A stretch of DNA of 64,000 bases from the human T2T-CHM13v2.0 reference genome, Homo sapiens, in assembly GCF_009914755.1 (NCBI RefSeq), contig NC_060929.1; one strand, written 5' to 3'. The position numbers and the translations under genes were made by a program. The notes under the pieces were generated by a model. It had not been told where the DNA came from, did not search any database, and worked only from the letters and a program-made list of their open reading frames with translations. This document shows positions 39,595-54,024 of this stretch, piece after piece (position 1 is the stretch's first letter; each line of letters opens with the position of its first letter).

Positions 39595-40888
39595 CACGGT
39601 CTTCAATATGTTAATGGAAAATGCATATTATGAAAAAATTATGCATGGATTCCAAAAATTTTTTGAAGCAATATAAACTCATACTAACTTGTTATAGCAT
39701 GTCTGAAGAAGATTTAGTTTGAGGCACTAAGAAGGATAAGACATCAGTTTGAAAAGAGCCCCTAACAGAGCAACATGAATTCTACTAAAATTGAAGCTAG
39801 AATAAACATCAAATTTATGGTGAAGCTTCAGTAGAAGAATGGTGAAACACTGATTTTTTTTTAACTTTATGAAGACAATGTCCCAAAGAAATCAGCAGTT
39901 TACAAATGGATAACTCATTTTAGGAAGGAACCAGATGGTGTTAAGGATGAAGTCCTCGGGGCAGACCATCTACATCAGTTTGCAAATAAAAAAGTTAATC
40001 TTGTTTATGCCCTAATTGAAGAGGACTGACAATTAATGGCAGAAACAATAGTCAACACCATAGACATCTCAGTTGGTTCAGTTCACACAATTCTGATGGA
40101 AAAGTTAAGGTTCAGCAAACCTTCCACTCAATGGGTACCAAAAGTATTGTGCCCAGATCAACTGCAGACAAGAGCAGAGCTTTCAATGAAAATTTTAAAC
40201 ATGCAGGATCAAGATCCTGAAACATTTCTTCAAAAAGTTGTAACAGGAGATGAAACATGGCCTTACCAGTATGATCCTGAAAACAAAGCACAATCAGAGC
40301 AATGGCTACCGAGAGGTAGAATTGGTCCAGTCAAAGCAAAAGCAGACAGGTCAAGAGAAAAGACCATGACAACAGTTTTTTGGGGATGCTCAGGCATTTT
40401 GCTTGTTGACTTTCTGGAAGGCCAAAGATTGATAATATCTACTTACTATGAGAGTGTTTTGAGAAAGTTAGCCAAAGCTTTAGCAGAAAAACACACAAAA
40501 GCTTCACCAGGAAGTCTTTGTCCACCATAACAATGCTTCTGCTCATTCCTATCATCAAACAAGGGCAATGTTGTGATAATTTTGATGGAATATCTTTAGG
40601 CATCAATCCCAGAGTCCTGATTTAGCTCCTTCTGACTTCTGTTTCCTAATCTTAAAAAATCTATAAAGGGCACCCATGGTTTTTCAGTTAATATTGTAAA
40701 AAAGGCTGCATTGACATAGCTAAATCTCCAGGACCCCCAGTTCTTTAGGGATGGGCTAAACGGCTGGTATCATTGCTTACAAAAGTAAGCAATGAACTCA
40801 ATGGAGCTTACATTAAGAAATAAAGTTTACTCTTTTTAATTTTTATCTTTTAATTCTATTTTTCCATTAACTTTAGGAAGGCCCATCC
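39595..40888 (+). mobile_element. Near full-length HSMAR2 mariner transposon with disrupted transposase
   Basis: Degenerate TIRs (ggtcttcaatatgttaatggaaaa / ttttccattaactttaggaaggcc). ATG at 39775. Motifs WVPK, TGDETW, YDPE and SPDLAPSDF are present, with stops and frameshifts. Confidence 0.9.
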
Positions 40889-42419
40889 CACACACATATA
40901 TGTAAAAAATGAATATATAGGCCCCGATTCCTTAATTTAGATTTAAATTAGGTTAAAACTAGAAGCTATAGTTTTTCTGGTTTCAGAAACATTGAGAGAA
41001 TGAGAAACTTTAAACTATTGATACAACTGTTTTGAAATACAAAAAATGATAATAGCTTTTAGCATCTTGTCATATAAGAGAAGAAAGAAACCTTGGGAAT
41101 ATTAATTGATTAGCTTCCCTGAAGACACTGAGACCATAAACATCAGACACAATTTGGTAATTGGTCTTTCTTGTCATATTTTTATTTATTCTGAATCACG
41201 ACATTGAGTACTGGCTAGTTTATAAGACAGTCTACTGAGATTTTCTATTTTAACTGTAACAGCATATTTTTTATACTTCTTAACCTTATATAATCATGCT
41301 TTTTTCTTCTTTGCTGTGGAAAATTATATTCGCCCATTTTAATTTTGTTGTGTAAGTTGATTTTTTAAAATTCATCAGTCTTGCAGTATCTAGCCCACTG
41401 ACCATAACTATACTCATTTTCTGATAATCAGTGTTAAACACTATAGACATCTCCCTGGATTGAAGGAAAATAACTGTTTTTCTGCAAGTTCAATATGGTA
41501 CCTGTAAAAATAAATGATTATAACCAAAATGAAGTGCAGAATTACTACTTTTTCCTCAACCACAGAAAGAAGCAGCTAACAATAGCCCAAGAAACAACAG
41601 CCTGGTTTTCATGCCTCCAACTAAATGGTTTGTCATCACTTTCCTTCCTCTCCTTCCAAAAATGCAAAACTGAGAAAGCGAATCTGGTCAGCAAGTACTC
41701 AGCCTCATTCTAAATATTAATATATGCTTCTGACTTATACATAATTTTCAGCCTGCTTTCATTGTTAGCCTAATTTCTCCTTTCTTCTAAAAATAAATAT
41801 GAGCTTTCAAAATGTGCATAGTATTTCTGTAAAAGCTGAGAGTGTAAATATTCAAAGCCCCTTTGTATATTTTAACTCAGAATAAAAACCCAGCTGGGAT
41901 ATTATTCCTGACTCATCAATTCCCTTGGTAAAAACCTTTCAATGATTCTGAAACCTTGGGAGTTGTTTTACTGCATTTATTTTGCACCACTGTCAGCTGG
42001 AGACTGGGTAGTGATGAATTTACAAGCGAAAAAGGTACAGAGTCATCAGGGAGAAAGAAAACTTCACAAACATACCCTCAAAAGGAGACTATTTAAATGT
42101 TAAAGGGAGCAACTGACGACATGGAGGAATTGGAGATAGATTTTATGAGATCTGGTTTAAACTTCTGAAATAATTCAGCCCTCTTGCCATTAAAAAAGAA
42201 AAATTTGTTCTTAAATTACACAGCCACCCTTATTTTGGAAAGCAATGTCTTTGGCAAGCAATGACAGCCCTGAAGCCTTGGCCCTGACCCTGGGGAAGTG
42301 CAGACTTCCTTTGCTTAACTGGAGACCTCCCAGGGCACACATTTGGAAGAGAAGTGCAAATCCATGGCTTTGAGAGTAAGATGCATTACTCTGTGCTATA
42401 TTCTTACTTTAACTTTTTG

Positions 42420-42600
42420 TCTTATTTTATTTGCTTATTTATTTATGTTTTTAGAGGTGGGGTCTCTCTCTGTTGCTTTGACAAGTGTGCAGCGGCATGA
42501 TCACAGCTCACTGCAGCATCAAACACTTGGGTTCAATGGATCCTCCCACCTTGGCCTCATGAGTTGCTGGGATTACAGGAATGAGCCACTGCACTGGTCT
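42420..42600 (-). mobile_element. Old Alu monomer (FAM/FLAM-like)
   Basis: tagaggtggggtctctctctgttg...ctgggattacaggaatgagccactgcac. Confidence 0.65.
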
Positions 42601-44019
42601 CAATTTGTTTTTTAAACCAAATAACAAGATCATTCAGAGTCTACAACATTTTTCATGTGGCCCCTACTAGAAAGTTCGTTGTATCTGTTGTATTTATTTT
42701 TGTACTCGTGTGGGAGTTCCATGCCTTTCAAAAGGCTTCCACTCAGTTGATTTCATGTGATCCTCACAGCAGACTCTGAGTGGATGGGACGACCCCTGTC
42801 CTATGCGACTCTTGGAGGGGGAGTCCCAGTCTATCGAAGGGGACATCAAAGAGGTAGATAATCTATCAGGGTGTTATCTATTATCACGTATATACTTTTA
42901 TTTAGTAAAACCGCACCTTGTTTTGTTCCCCAAATCACCACATTATTTTTTAATTTTCACTTTCACATTATTTGATTACTTTTTCCCTTTTTTTATCTAT
43001 TATAGAAATTTTGGATGTATTGCAGGATTTAAAAATAGAAAATTAAAGCTTCCTGTGAGCCTATCATCCAGACTTTTCATTTTTTGTATATTTCCTTTCC
43101 ATTTTTTCCTCTATGTTATGCAGCTTTGTTTTCTCCCAAAAAAAGATGGTTTTGTGCATGTAATGTATATTTTACCTGATATATTTTTAGTAAACCTTCG
43201 GAAACATACATTTTTAATGACCGCATGAATGTTATCATATAGATATTCCGTGATTCTTTGGCTGTCCTGCATAAATGCACAGAGGGCTCCAGTCCAACTA
43301 GTAATCTTAGAGTTCTGGCTTCTTGGTGAAGGAGAGTCAAAGAGTACAAGTATTCTCCTCCAGGCAGCCTGGTGTAGGGAAAGGGGGTTGAGTCCAGGCA
43401 TTAGGAGACCTAAAATCTCAAATTTTCTCTACTTGTGTGATCGAGATAAAATGAAGGCTTTATCCCAATGACCTCTTAGTTCCTCGTTGCACTCTTACAG
43501 TTATGAAAAACACTGCACTCATCCTAAAATAGGAGCTACTGTTGGAATCAGATGAATAGATTACTCTCTTCAACTGTATTCTCCTATCAAGTGGCATGGC
43601 GAGAGGCAGGTTGATGCGCTGTGGCAACTCAACTTGAAGGCAGTCATGTTTATAGAATGAGGCCTCGTTTCAGCAGATCATACTCAACCATTTTGCCAAT
43701 TCAAACATGAGCAGTGTCGAAGTTTACTTTTGCATTTATTTTGGAAAAATGCTAAGCAAATGAACAGAGTAAACAATACTGGAGGAAGCACTTGATCTCA
43801 AGGGAAAACTACTTACACACTTTTATAACTAACAGCTAAGATGTATTGCTTTTATTTATATACATAACTGTATACAAAAAAATGAGGTTTTCTACTGACT
43901 ATACATAGCAAAAAAAATTCCTTAAAATACCATTAAAATAAAGTACCGTTTTTAAATTTTGTAAACCGCTTAGCTAAATGTAATGTGGTATCCTAGATTG
44001 GATCAGAAAAAGGATATTA

Positions 44020-44690
44020 CCCAGGAATGGGATTGCTGGATCAAATCGTAGCTCTACTTTCAGTTCTTTCAGGAATCTCCACACTGTTTTCCATAGTGGT
44101 TGTACAAGTTTATATCAACACCAGCAGGGTAGAAGTGTCCCCTGTTCACTGCATCCACGTCAACATCTATTTTTTTTATTATGGACATTCATCTGACATA
44201 TATATATATATATATCATAGTTTTTTTATTCACTTGTTGATTGATGGGCATTTAGGTTGGTTCCACGTTTTTGCAATTGCGAATTGTGCTGCTGTAAACG
44301 TGTGTGCAGGTATCTTTTATATATATGATGGAATACTACTCAGCCATAAAAGGAATGAATTAATGGCATTTGCAGTGACCTAGATGAGATTGAAGAATAT
44401 TATTCTAAGTGAAGTAACTCAGGAATGGAAAACCAAACATTGTATGTTCTAACTCATAAGTGGGAGCTAAGCTATGAGGATGCAAAGGCATAAGAATGAC
44501 ACAACAGACGTTGGGGACTCAGGGGGTAAGTGTGGAAAGGGGATGAGGGGAAAAAGACTACAAATTGGGTGCAGTGTGTACTGCTCAGGTGATGGGTGCA
44601 CCAAAGTCTCACAAATCACCACTAAAGAACTTACTCATGTAACCAAACACCACCTGTTCCCCAATAGCCTATGGAAATACATTTTTTTTA
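44020..44690 (+). mobile_element. L1MA 3' end with two inverted 5' segments, inserted in an older L1M relic
   Basis: Sense 3' end at 44319-44690. Antisense pieces at about 44020-44190 and 44197-44318. Imperfect TSD aaaaaggatatta / aaaaagggcatta. Confidence 0.7.
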
Positions 44691-45564
44691 AAAAAAGGGC
44701 ATTAGTAGAAAAACTGGTGAAATTCAAATAAGTCTGCTGTTTACCTAACAGTATTGAAGCAGTGTTAATTTCTTAATTTTAACAAATGTACATGGTTCTC
44801 TATGATGTTAACATAAGAGAAAAGCTGGTGAAGCATACATAGGAACTCTCTCTACTATCTGCAACTTTTTTGTAAATCTAATTAAACTTTGATTAAGAAA
44901 GCAAAATAACACATAGGCACACTTTTCTAGGTGACAACTCCATGGGGTAGAACAAGGGCTGTGGTGTTCACTAGTCTTCTGATGCTCAGCACTGGGTCTG
45001 GCAGGTGTAATTAATAGCTATTGAATGAATAAAAGAATGCACAAGTGAATGAACCAAGCACACAGTGCAACTCATTCCAAGACATCTTATTATTCACCCA
45101 AATAAACCCTCCTGGGTACCTCTTTATTCCCTGTAGTCAGCAGCTGGATTAATATCAAAAACAAAAAACCAACCAAAAAAAGCTAACATCAAGGAGTCCT
45201 TTGCCCCACTAGTTTTGATGGACCTCCATCATCCACCTAATAAAATTTTAGTTCCTATGCTGGCATTCAAAAGCTTCCAAAATGTGTCTCCAATTTGCTT
45301 TCCTAACTTTATTTCTAAAGTTACAAACTCTGTGATCTATGGTACCACTTATACTTTCTACAAATATGCTTCATGCTTTAAAAAAAATTTTTTATGTCTG
45401 TGGCTTTGCTGATGCTCTTCTGTCAGAAGTACTTTTCCCCCAAAATCTCTATTCAAATCCTAACTATCATTCAAGGCACAACTCAGGGGCGATCTCTTCC
45501 ATAACGCTTTTCTCCATTTATTTAGGCACAATCCTTCCCTCTTTAAAACTAAAAGCAATTGCTA

Positions 45565-46063
45565 TTTTGCCATTTGTGGCCACCTTGGAAATGTGCCGTT
45601 TGGGTCACCTACCAGAGAAAACACAGTTGATCGACAGCCCTGAATGCTGCCTCTCTGGATCCACTGTTCCTGTTCCTGCCAAGGAACTCTGTTCCTGTAC
45701 CTGTTCCTGCCAAAGTTACCCCTTTCCTGGCTGTTCCCAGATAGTGACTAACAAGACGGGGGGTATTAGTGTTAGCCTGTTCCTACAAGAGTTGGGACTC
45801 CTCTAAGGAGCAACTTTGGCTGGAGGACTCCCATTTGGCCTGAGTGAAGCTTTCTTGAAACTTCACTGCATCTGAGAGGCTTCCTACCCTATCCTCTTTC
45901 CTTTCCTTTCTCCTTTCACAGGTGTTTGACTTGCATCAACATAAGAAGACTTTCCCTTCCTATTTCTGCTTTCTCCACTTTATCTTTCATGCTGTTTTCT
46001 CCAATGAATCTCTTACATGTCAAATCCTATCTTGGTGCCTTTTTAAAAGATCTGAACTGATAC
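45565..46063 (+). mobile_element. Ancient ERVL-class LTR (LTR16-like)
   Basis: 3' end ccaatgaatctcttacatgtcaaatcctatcttggtgcc...ctgaactgataca. Confidence 0.5.
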
Positions 46064-46861
46064 ATTGTTTTATAGCATTTACCATGTTCTATCATGGATT
46101 ATGAGTCATGGTATAAATGGCATATGCCACGTGTTAGGCTGCAAATTCCTGGGCATAGAGACTGGACATTTGTCAGTTTTATGGTCCCCAAATATCTAGT
46201 ACAGTGCTTTGCACATACTCAGTACCCCAAGCTGTTTGTTAAATGAATAATGATTATAATGTATTGATATATTTATGTGAAGTTTGAAAAAGTGTCTTTG
46301 TATGCTTTATCTTAGTTGAACATCCTAATAATCCTAGAAAATAGACTGGCCAAGCCAACAAAAGAAGTTGACCTCACAGGAAGGTGAGATTCACTGAGCT
46401 TGTCTGAAAGTTGTTGGAGTCCAGATTTGTGTTCCCTGTTTGTGCTTAAGGCACTCTAGTGTTCTGCCAGGGTCAAAATAACAAGGCCTAAACCCAACAG
46501 CTTATTATGTGGTTGCAAACACTCTAAGTAACTTTACCTGAATTAGCCCCTGCAACCTGCACGAAACCCTTGTAGGTAGATAGAATTATTTTATCATTTA
46601 ACACAAATGTAAATGCCCAAAGTCATGCAATCCAGAGGTGGTACAGCCAGGATTTAAGCACTGTGCTCTTAATCTTTAGGTTACCCTACAGCAAGTAGCT
46701 ATTTGTGATTCACTGAATGAATAACACAAGTCAGCAGCTAGAGGAACCAAGATTTGAACTTAAGTCTTCTACAACATTTTGTCAATCAAGAAATCCTCTG
46801 TTCTATATCCCTGAGGTTTTGGCATTCAATTTTAGCTTGAAGGAAAATGCAATTATTTCAT

Positions 46862-47060
46862 CAGTGTTGTCCAACAGAACGTTCTACAATGATGGGAATG
46901 TCTTACATCTGCACGTCCTATATTTTAGCTAGAAGCCCTATGGGGCCTTTGAGCATTTGAAATGTAGCTAATGCAACTGAAGAAATGAAGTTCTAATTTT
47001 ATTTTTATTTTAATTTAAATAGCCCCACGGGATTATTAGCTACTATATTGCTCAGCTTAA
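46862..47060. mobile_element. MER3 DNA transposon relic
   Basis: cagtgttgtccaacagaacgttctacaatgatgggaatg...gagcatttgaaatgtagcta. Confidence 0.7.
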
Positions 47061-47488
47061 TTCTAGTCTCTTCTCTGATCATTTCATCTGAACATGGTCT
47101 CATTTCTCTGGCAGTTAGTTGAGTTTTATTTCAAATTTTAAGCTAATGAATTCACTGTGCAGTTCGCTGAAAATGAACGAAAATATCCAATCAACTCATG
47201 ACAGGCAAATTCGATATGCCCAACTCAGTCACCAACCCAAGGATGCTACCATTTGGAGGAAAAAATTTCTAATTTATGATCCTAATCTAAGGGGATATTT
47301 CTTCTGGCCTAAGGATGATTTTAGGCTTCTCTTGTTGCCTAACCTTTCTCAACTGGCTTCATCTTCCCTGGTTGGATGCTCTGAGAGGAGTAAGAGACAG
47401 GAGGACCAGAGGAAAATGCAGACATTTTTCTTTGAGATATAAAATTTTAATTCCAAGGGATGATAGCTACGGGGGATTTGGGAATTCA

Positions 47489-47950
<462 letters not shown>

Positions 47951-50339
47951 TTAGCATATTTAGCAAATTATCGTTCATTTTCCTCATGCATAGACACTCC
48001 CCTTCAGTGGGAAAACGCCCTGAAGACAGCAGAGGCAACCTGGATATGATTGGAAAAGCAATACAGCAAGAGGCTGAAAAACACACAGCCAGGCAATGTG
48101 GGTTCAAGTTTTGGCTCTAGCATTTACTTGCTGTGATCTTGGGCTTCCTCACCCAGAACATGGAGGTAATAGTAAAAGAGTAACCTACTAGTAGGGTCAT
48201 GATTTGAAAATAGAAAGTGTTCAGGATGGGGCCAGACACATAGCAAGGGCTTACTAAGTATTGCTACCATCAGAGATACTGTGACCTTTCCAAAGTGCAT
48301 TCTCTAGACTGCTTTTGAACTTAAATTTCTGACCAGAAAAAGCCCCAAAGAAAACCAATTTCTGGCAGCAATAAAATTAAATGACTTGCAGTTTCTTATT
48401 ATTAAGCTTCCTGGGATGACGTAAGCTTGCAAAGATGAAACACCCTCAAAAGCTGTCTTTCTTCCTCTATTAGAAGCTCAAGGTACTTGTTCCCAGTTGA
48501 TAGCTGGGAACAGGAAATAATGAGAACAAAAGTTTAAACATGAATTTTTAAAAATCCTATTATCGTTTCCCAGGACTCCAACCTGAGGTCTTTTTGGTGC
48601 TTGTTTTATCTTCTCAGGCTTAAACATTGTGTCACTTGAGGGATACTGAGGAAAGGCTCCTCAAAATCTATTCAATCCTAATTATCTGATATTTAAAATC
48701 CCATTATTAGTTATTCCTTTTTTGAGTTTCTGTTTTAAAATACATGTGTTCCTGGTATGGGCAAGAAATTACTCAGCACCAAAGTAGTAACTGTTCCTCA
48801 GATGTTCCTTCTGGTGCAGACATCAGTGACTTCTGATAAAGGTGGGGAGATAGCATGGTTGGGGAGGGGGCAGTGGACATATTATGGGATGTCGAGGGAA
48901 TTAAAGAGTTGAGTGCTGGACACATCCACTACATATGTCACAAACTTATGTAGGACTGATCCTCCTGTCAAAATTCTTTAAACGTCAAACTCCCATCATG
49001 CCTACCAACCACAACTTATCTAGCTGAACAGATCAGCTTTCATTTTTGTTTTTGATTTTTTTTTTGTGTGTGTATGAGTGAAGTCTCTATTTTATTTCTC
49101 AGATAAGGACAATATCTTCACAAGCTAGAGAATCAAGGAAGAAAATAGAACTAAAGGAGTTCCTCTCTAACCCTAAACATCTAAAGTTACATAAACTCTG
49201 ACCTCAAGAACACAAACCTGAATGTCAAGTACCATGAATCCTAATTTATTCAAATTAGTGAGAGAGTAGACAATTTTGGTCACTTCATATTCTGGTTAGT
49301 TGCAATTTAACATAGAGCCTATTTAAGGAGGACCAACAATCTAATCATTGGATTCCAAAAATAAAGCATCATTAGCATGTCCTGAATGCTGAAGTGTTTT
49401 AAGGCAGAATTACAAGAAACTGTGGCCAATGGGGCACAGTGAAGTAAGACATATAGTCTCTGGAAGCAAGAAATTTATGGCCTAGTTATATGTGATGAGC
49501 ATATACATAAACAGATAAAGGACAGATGATGGTGAAGTGCCCAGGATTTGAGAGAAAGAGAAGGTCCTGAAACAGCCACACTCTACGACTGATTCAGAAG
49601 AATGTTCTGGGATTTGTAGTGCCTCTGGTTATTATTAGACAATGACTATTCAATTGTAGAGAGGCAGAAGGTATCAGAAGTCATGCGTCAAGCCAAGCAA
49701 TCAACCAATAAGAATGTATTAAGTCTGCTCCCCAACCCATTACGACAACCAAAAATGTCTCTAGATATTGCCAAATATCTCTGAGGGAAGGAGGTTGAAA
49801 AGTGGCCCCTAGTTTAGAACCCCTGACCTAAGTCAACCCTATGACAGACACATTCCTTTTTCGAAACTATCATTTGTAAACAGATCAAGGGTTTTCACAT
49901 TGCCATTCAATTTCTTATCACTTATGCCTCTATCTTTCAAATTTTTGTTCAACTGAGCATTACTCATTGCCTCAGTTGGAAGAATATAGAGCAGAAGACC
50001 CCTGCTCATTTGAAAGAATTGATATGTGAAATAAATCCTCCACTGTGCAATGGAATGGTAGTTTTATTTTATGGAAAAAATATAAGGATATGCATATAAT
50101 GATGGATTTGTATTAGAGACTAATTTGGAAAATGGAGTCCTACAATTGGGGAGTTTCCTGATGCAGTTGCATGTCTACTGGTTTACTTTAGTTCAATAAA
50201 CATGTATCGAACACTAAATATATGTAAATGACTCTACAAACTTCTGGGGATATAAACATAAAAAAGACACAGTTTCCCATTTTTTTCCCCAGAAGGTGGT
50301 TTCAAGTGGGAGAAGCACATAATGGGAGAAGCTACTTTC

Positions 50340-50536
<197 letters not shown>

Positions 50537-51264
50537 TGATAAGCTAGAACTCAGAGCTGGGTACTCAGAGTACAGAGGAGTTTCAAAGAGTCATTATTGG
50601 TGCTAGTTAATAGTAACAAGGTGATGTCGATTATTAGTAAATCTGACAGGATTTCTCTTCATTAGCAATGAAAGTTATAAGAGTTCAATATATCAATGAA
50701 TTCAAAAATTTTGGATGTAAAAGGAGATTTGAAGAGTTAGATCAGAAAGCTATGAGCTTTAGTGACTCTGTGATGGAAGACCACACAGAGGGAAGAAGAG
50801 ATTTGGAATCGTGCCTGATTTCCATTCCTATCTTTGTGCTTTCTAGTCACATGCTCTTGGGCACTTCTCTGAGAAACAAGGGTGGTGCTGCCTCCTCATC
50901 TGAATTTAGTGAGGATTAATGCAAATAATCCACGTCAAGCCCCAGCACATAGCATGGCAGAACCAGACCCAAAACTGAGCTCCCTGCTGACTTCCTATAG
51001 TAACCCTAATTCCAAAGCCTCCCCTAGAAGCAGAAGATAGCTACTGCACTGAACTGGCTGAAGGCAGCCTGCCTGGAACTTGCTGAAAGGATTTAGTCAT
51101 TTTAGGCCCAGTGATTAGAACTAATGGATTATTCTGAGGGCTGAGACCTGGGCTTACCCCTGACCCTATTGTGGCATGTAGCAAGTATCAAGAAAGTAAA
51201 ATATATCTCAAACTTGGAAAGTGTAAAAATTGCAACTGCTTGACTTTTAAAATATTCCTCTAGA

Positions 51265-51432
51265 GCAGCCTTCTTAAACTTTAATGTGCACGCAAATCAT
51301 GTGGGCACCTTGTTAAAATGCAAGTTCTGATTCTGAAGGTCTAAGGTGGAGCCTGAGATTCTGCATTTCTTTCAAGCTCACCACTGACACCAATGCTGCT
51401 GGGCCAAGCATCACTCTTTTGAGTGGCCAGGT
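51265..51432. mobile_element. MER5A-type DNA transposon relic
   Basis: cttcttaaactttaatgtgcac...cttgttaaaatgcaagttctgattc...gagattctgcatttct. Confidence 0.75.
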
Positions 51433-51696
51433 GACAGCAGTTTCTAACTAACTTCCTTTCTTGAGAAATGGTACTTTGTTGTCACAGGATATTTGACCCA
51501 CAATTCATAACTGATAAAGCACAGTGATTTGCAGTCCTGTAAAATTAAGGTAGTTTGCAGATATGAATAGGGTTTTTGTTGCCTGGTAGGGAAATTACTC
51601 CAAAAGTATTACAGAGGGGTTATACTTTTATAACCCCTTGTCTTGTAGAAGGTTAACCAGGTTCATATTTAGTCTAGCATTTTTTATTTTGCTAGA

Positions 51697-51725
51697 CACA
51701 CACACACACACACACACACACACAT
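51697..51725. repeat. (CA)n microsatellite
   Basis: Direct reading. Confidence 0.9.
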
Positions 51726-52935
51726 TTCCTGCAAGAACCTGGGGGAAACTCTTCTTATATCTTCCCCATTGGTTCCTTTATTAATGTGTTAATTTAAAAC
51801 CTTGACATAATCTATAACTTAGAGAATTATTAGCACTCTCTTATCTTAGGGAAGGGGGTAAAAAAAAAAAAAGGGAAGAACTGTCTTATTTGTCCCAAAG
51901 CTACTGTTTTGAAGTAGTTGTAGCTGCAAGTTAGAATAGTACAACACGACATGCCAGGAAAGCAAAGTGGGCCACTGGGGGAATTATCCTAACAGAATAT
52001 TAAGACACTGGAAAAAAATATTTAAACTTTATCTATTTGCTGCCTCAGATATGATGAGGGCCAGTAGAGGGCTGCAGGAATTCATTAAAGGCCTTTCTTT
52101 TGCTTCTTCTGCTTAAGCCAAGGGTTTTATCTTCAAAGACAATCTCCCCAACAAAACCTAATTGCGCTATGATAAAGGCTGATAGTTTTACCATTTTACC
52201 ACCTCCCACACCTACATCCAGACTGTATTTACCTCTGCTGCCAAAATCAGCCTCTGTGAGGCCACTGGAATCAATCACCAGGCTATTGGGCAAGCCATAA
52301 GCCAGAGCATTCGGAGGACATCTGCTGCCACATTAGATAACAAGCTTTTACAAAGAAGGGCCAGAAGTGGTCCAGCTGGCCCCTTCCTCACCAAGCCAGG
52401 CTGTGTTGTCAAACTCAGCAGAATAAATGGCTTTAGAAGACAGATGTCATATTTCATAACTAATGATGCAACTTGAACAGTGGCCCATACTGGAAGAAGT
52501 CCAAATATATAGAAATATGTAAAAAATTGTCTTTAGTCCACAACTATGATAGGTAAAATGGGAAATTGGTAAACTGTCAGTACCAAGGAATCTAAAGGAT
52601 GAAAGGAAACTCAAGAGAGTCCATCTAAATCAAACTCTGCACCTACCATCTGCCTGTAATTGCCTGCAGGCATCAGGTGTGTGGCTTGGCAAGCTCAGCA
52701 CCAGGGCTGACACAGCTCAAGTCATGAGAGCTAGCTATGTGCTGTTTGCTACTTTACCTCTGAAGGAGGACAGACTAAAGAACTCCCATCTTCCCATGGG
52801 GTTCATGAGAAAGTCGTTCTGATTCTTTTCTACATGTTGAAAAAAATAGCAATGAAAGTGTCAGATTAGGTGCATGCTTCCTACTTATTCCCACCAGGTA
52901 CATACTAAATCCTGGACAGTTAACATAAGTACCAG

Positions 52936-52938
<3 letters not shown>

Positions 52939-53016
<78 letters not shown>
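52939..53016. repeat. Compound (CT)n(GT)n microsatellite
   Basis: Direct reading: about 22 CT units followed by about 17 GT units. Confidence 0.95.
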
Positions 53017-53018
<2 letters not shown>

Positions 53019-54024
53019 TGTCCTTGACCCATTTGTTTATCAATAGAAATTGTTAGAGCACCTATCTTCACCAGGAACTGTGCTAAACACTTGAGATACA
53101 TCAATGAGCAAGACAGACATGACCTCTGCCCTCTTGGAGGCTGAGTACAGAAAAAGCAGTCAAAATGATACATGTGTTGTGTTCCCAATGAAAAGAAAAA
53201 AAAGATTTTAAATTAAAATAAAAAAAAAATGATACATATGCTCTGGTCAAAGACCAGCTTGACCAGACAAGCTGATCTGATATTTCTTTAGGTTTACAAA
53301 GCAACTTTTCTCTTCAAAGATGCTGAGATAATATATTTAAAATATTGCTCACTGTTTCCATCCACCTACCTCTAATCCTGGCATCCCTTTCTCTCATTGG
53401 GCCCTTCTTTCACATTTAAGCTGGGCCAGGATGCCTCGTTGCCTTGAGGACAGTATGTAACAGTAGAGAGCAGAGAAATAAGAATGGTTTGTCTTGCTTC
53501 AGAGTTCCGAAAGCCCTTAGGCTGCGAAGGCATCGAGAGTAGATTCATTAGAAAATGTGCTTTAAGAACCAGGCTTCCCAGGCTAGACAGAGCATTCATG
53601 ATGGGTGCACACATATTGGTAAATCCCTTAGGCGGCGATGGTCTTGCTGCCTGCTTGATGGGCCTAGCTAGAGTTGGAGGGTGGGAAGAGAGGAGCAGAG
53701 CCTCCCCTGGAAGGCTTGAGGGATCCAAGAGCAAGAAGATAGGTGCCTCATTTCCTGGTCAGACCCCATGGAGGCAGTAAGAATCCCAGGAAGAAAAGGC
53801 TGTGCAGGAGGTCAGGCATTAATTGGCCTCGTTCTGGAGCCATTTATGGCTGTCTTGAGCTTTCTTAAAGTTTACAGAACTAATATTTCCAGTTCTAAGT
53901 TGTAATGGCTCAGCACACCGTGAAGCGTTTTGCAAAATGCTTTAACTCCTCCTAGTGGTGACCAGGGAGCACAGGGCACAAATGCTAGAATGAAAAAGCT
54001 GCAGACTAGAAGTCATCAGCTGAG

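Noticed and set aside
40036-40530. 164-aa mariner transposase ORF as a domesticated gene
   Set aside because: Flanked by stops and frameshifts; the third catalytic Asp region is out of frame.
45660-45715. Short repeated ctgttcctg...ccaa units (and 28995-29106) as a possible array
   Set aside because: Only two degenerate copies inside old transposon relics; local slippage with no repeat-spacer structure.
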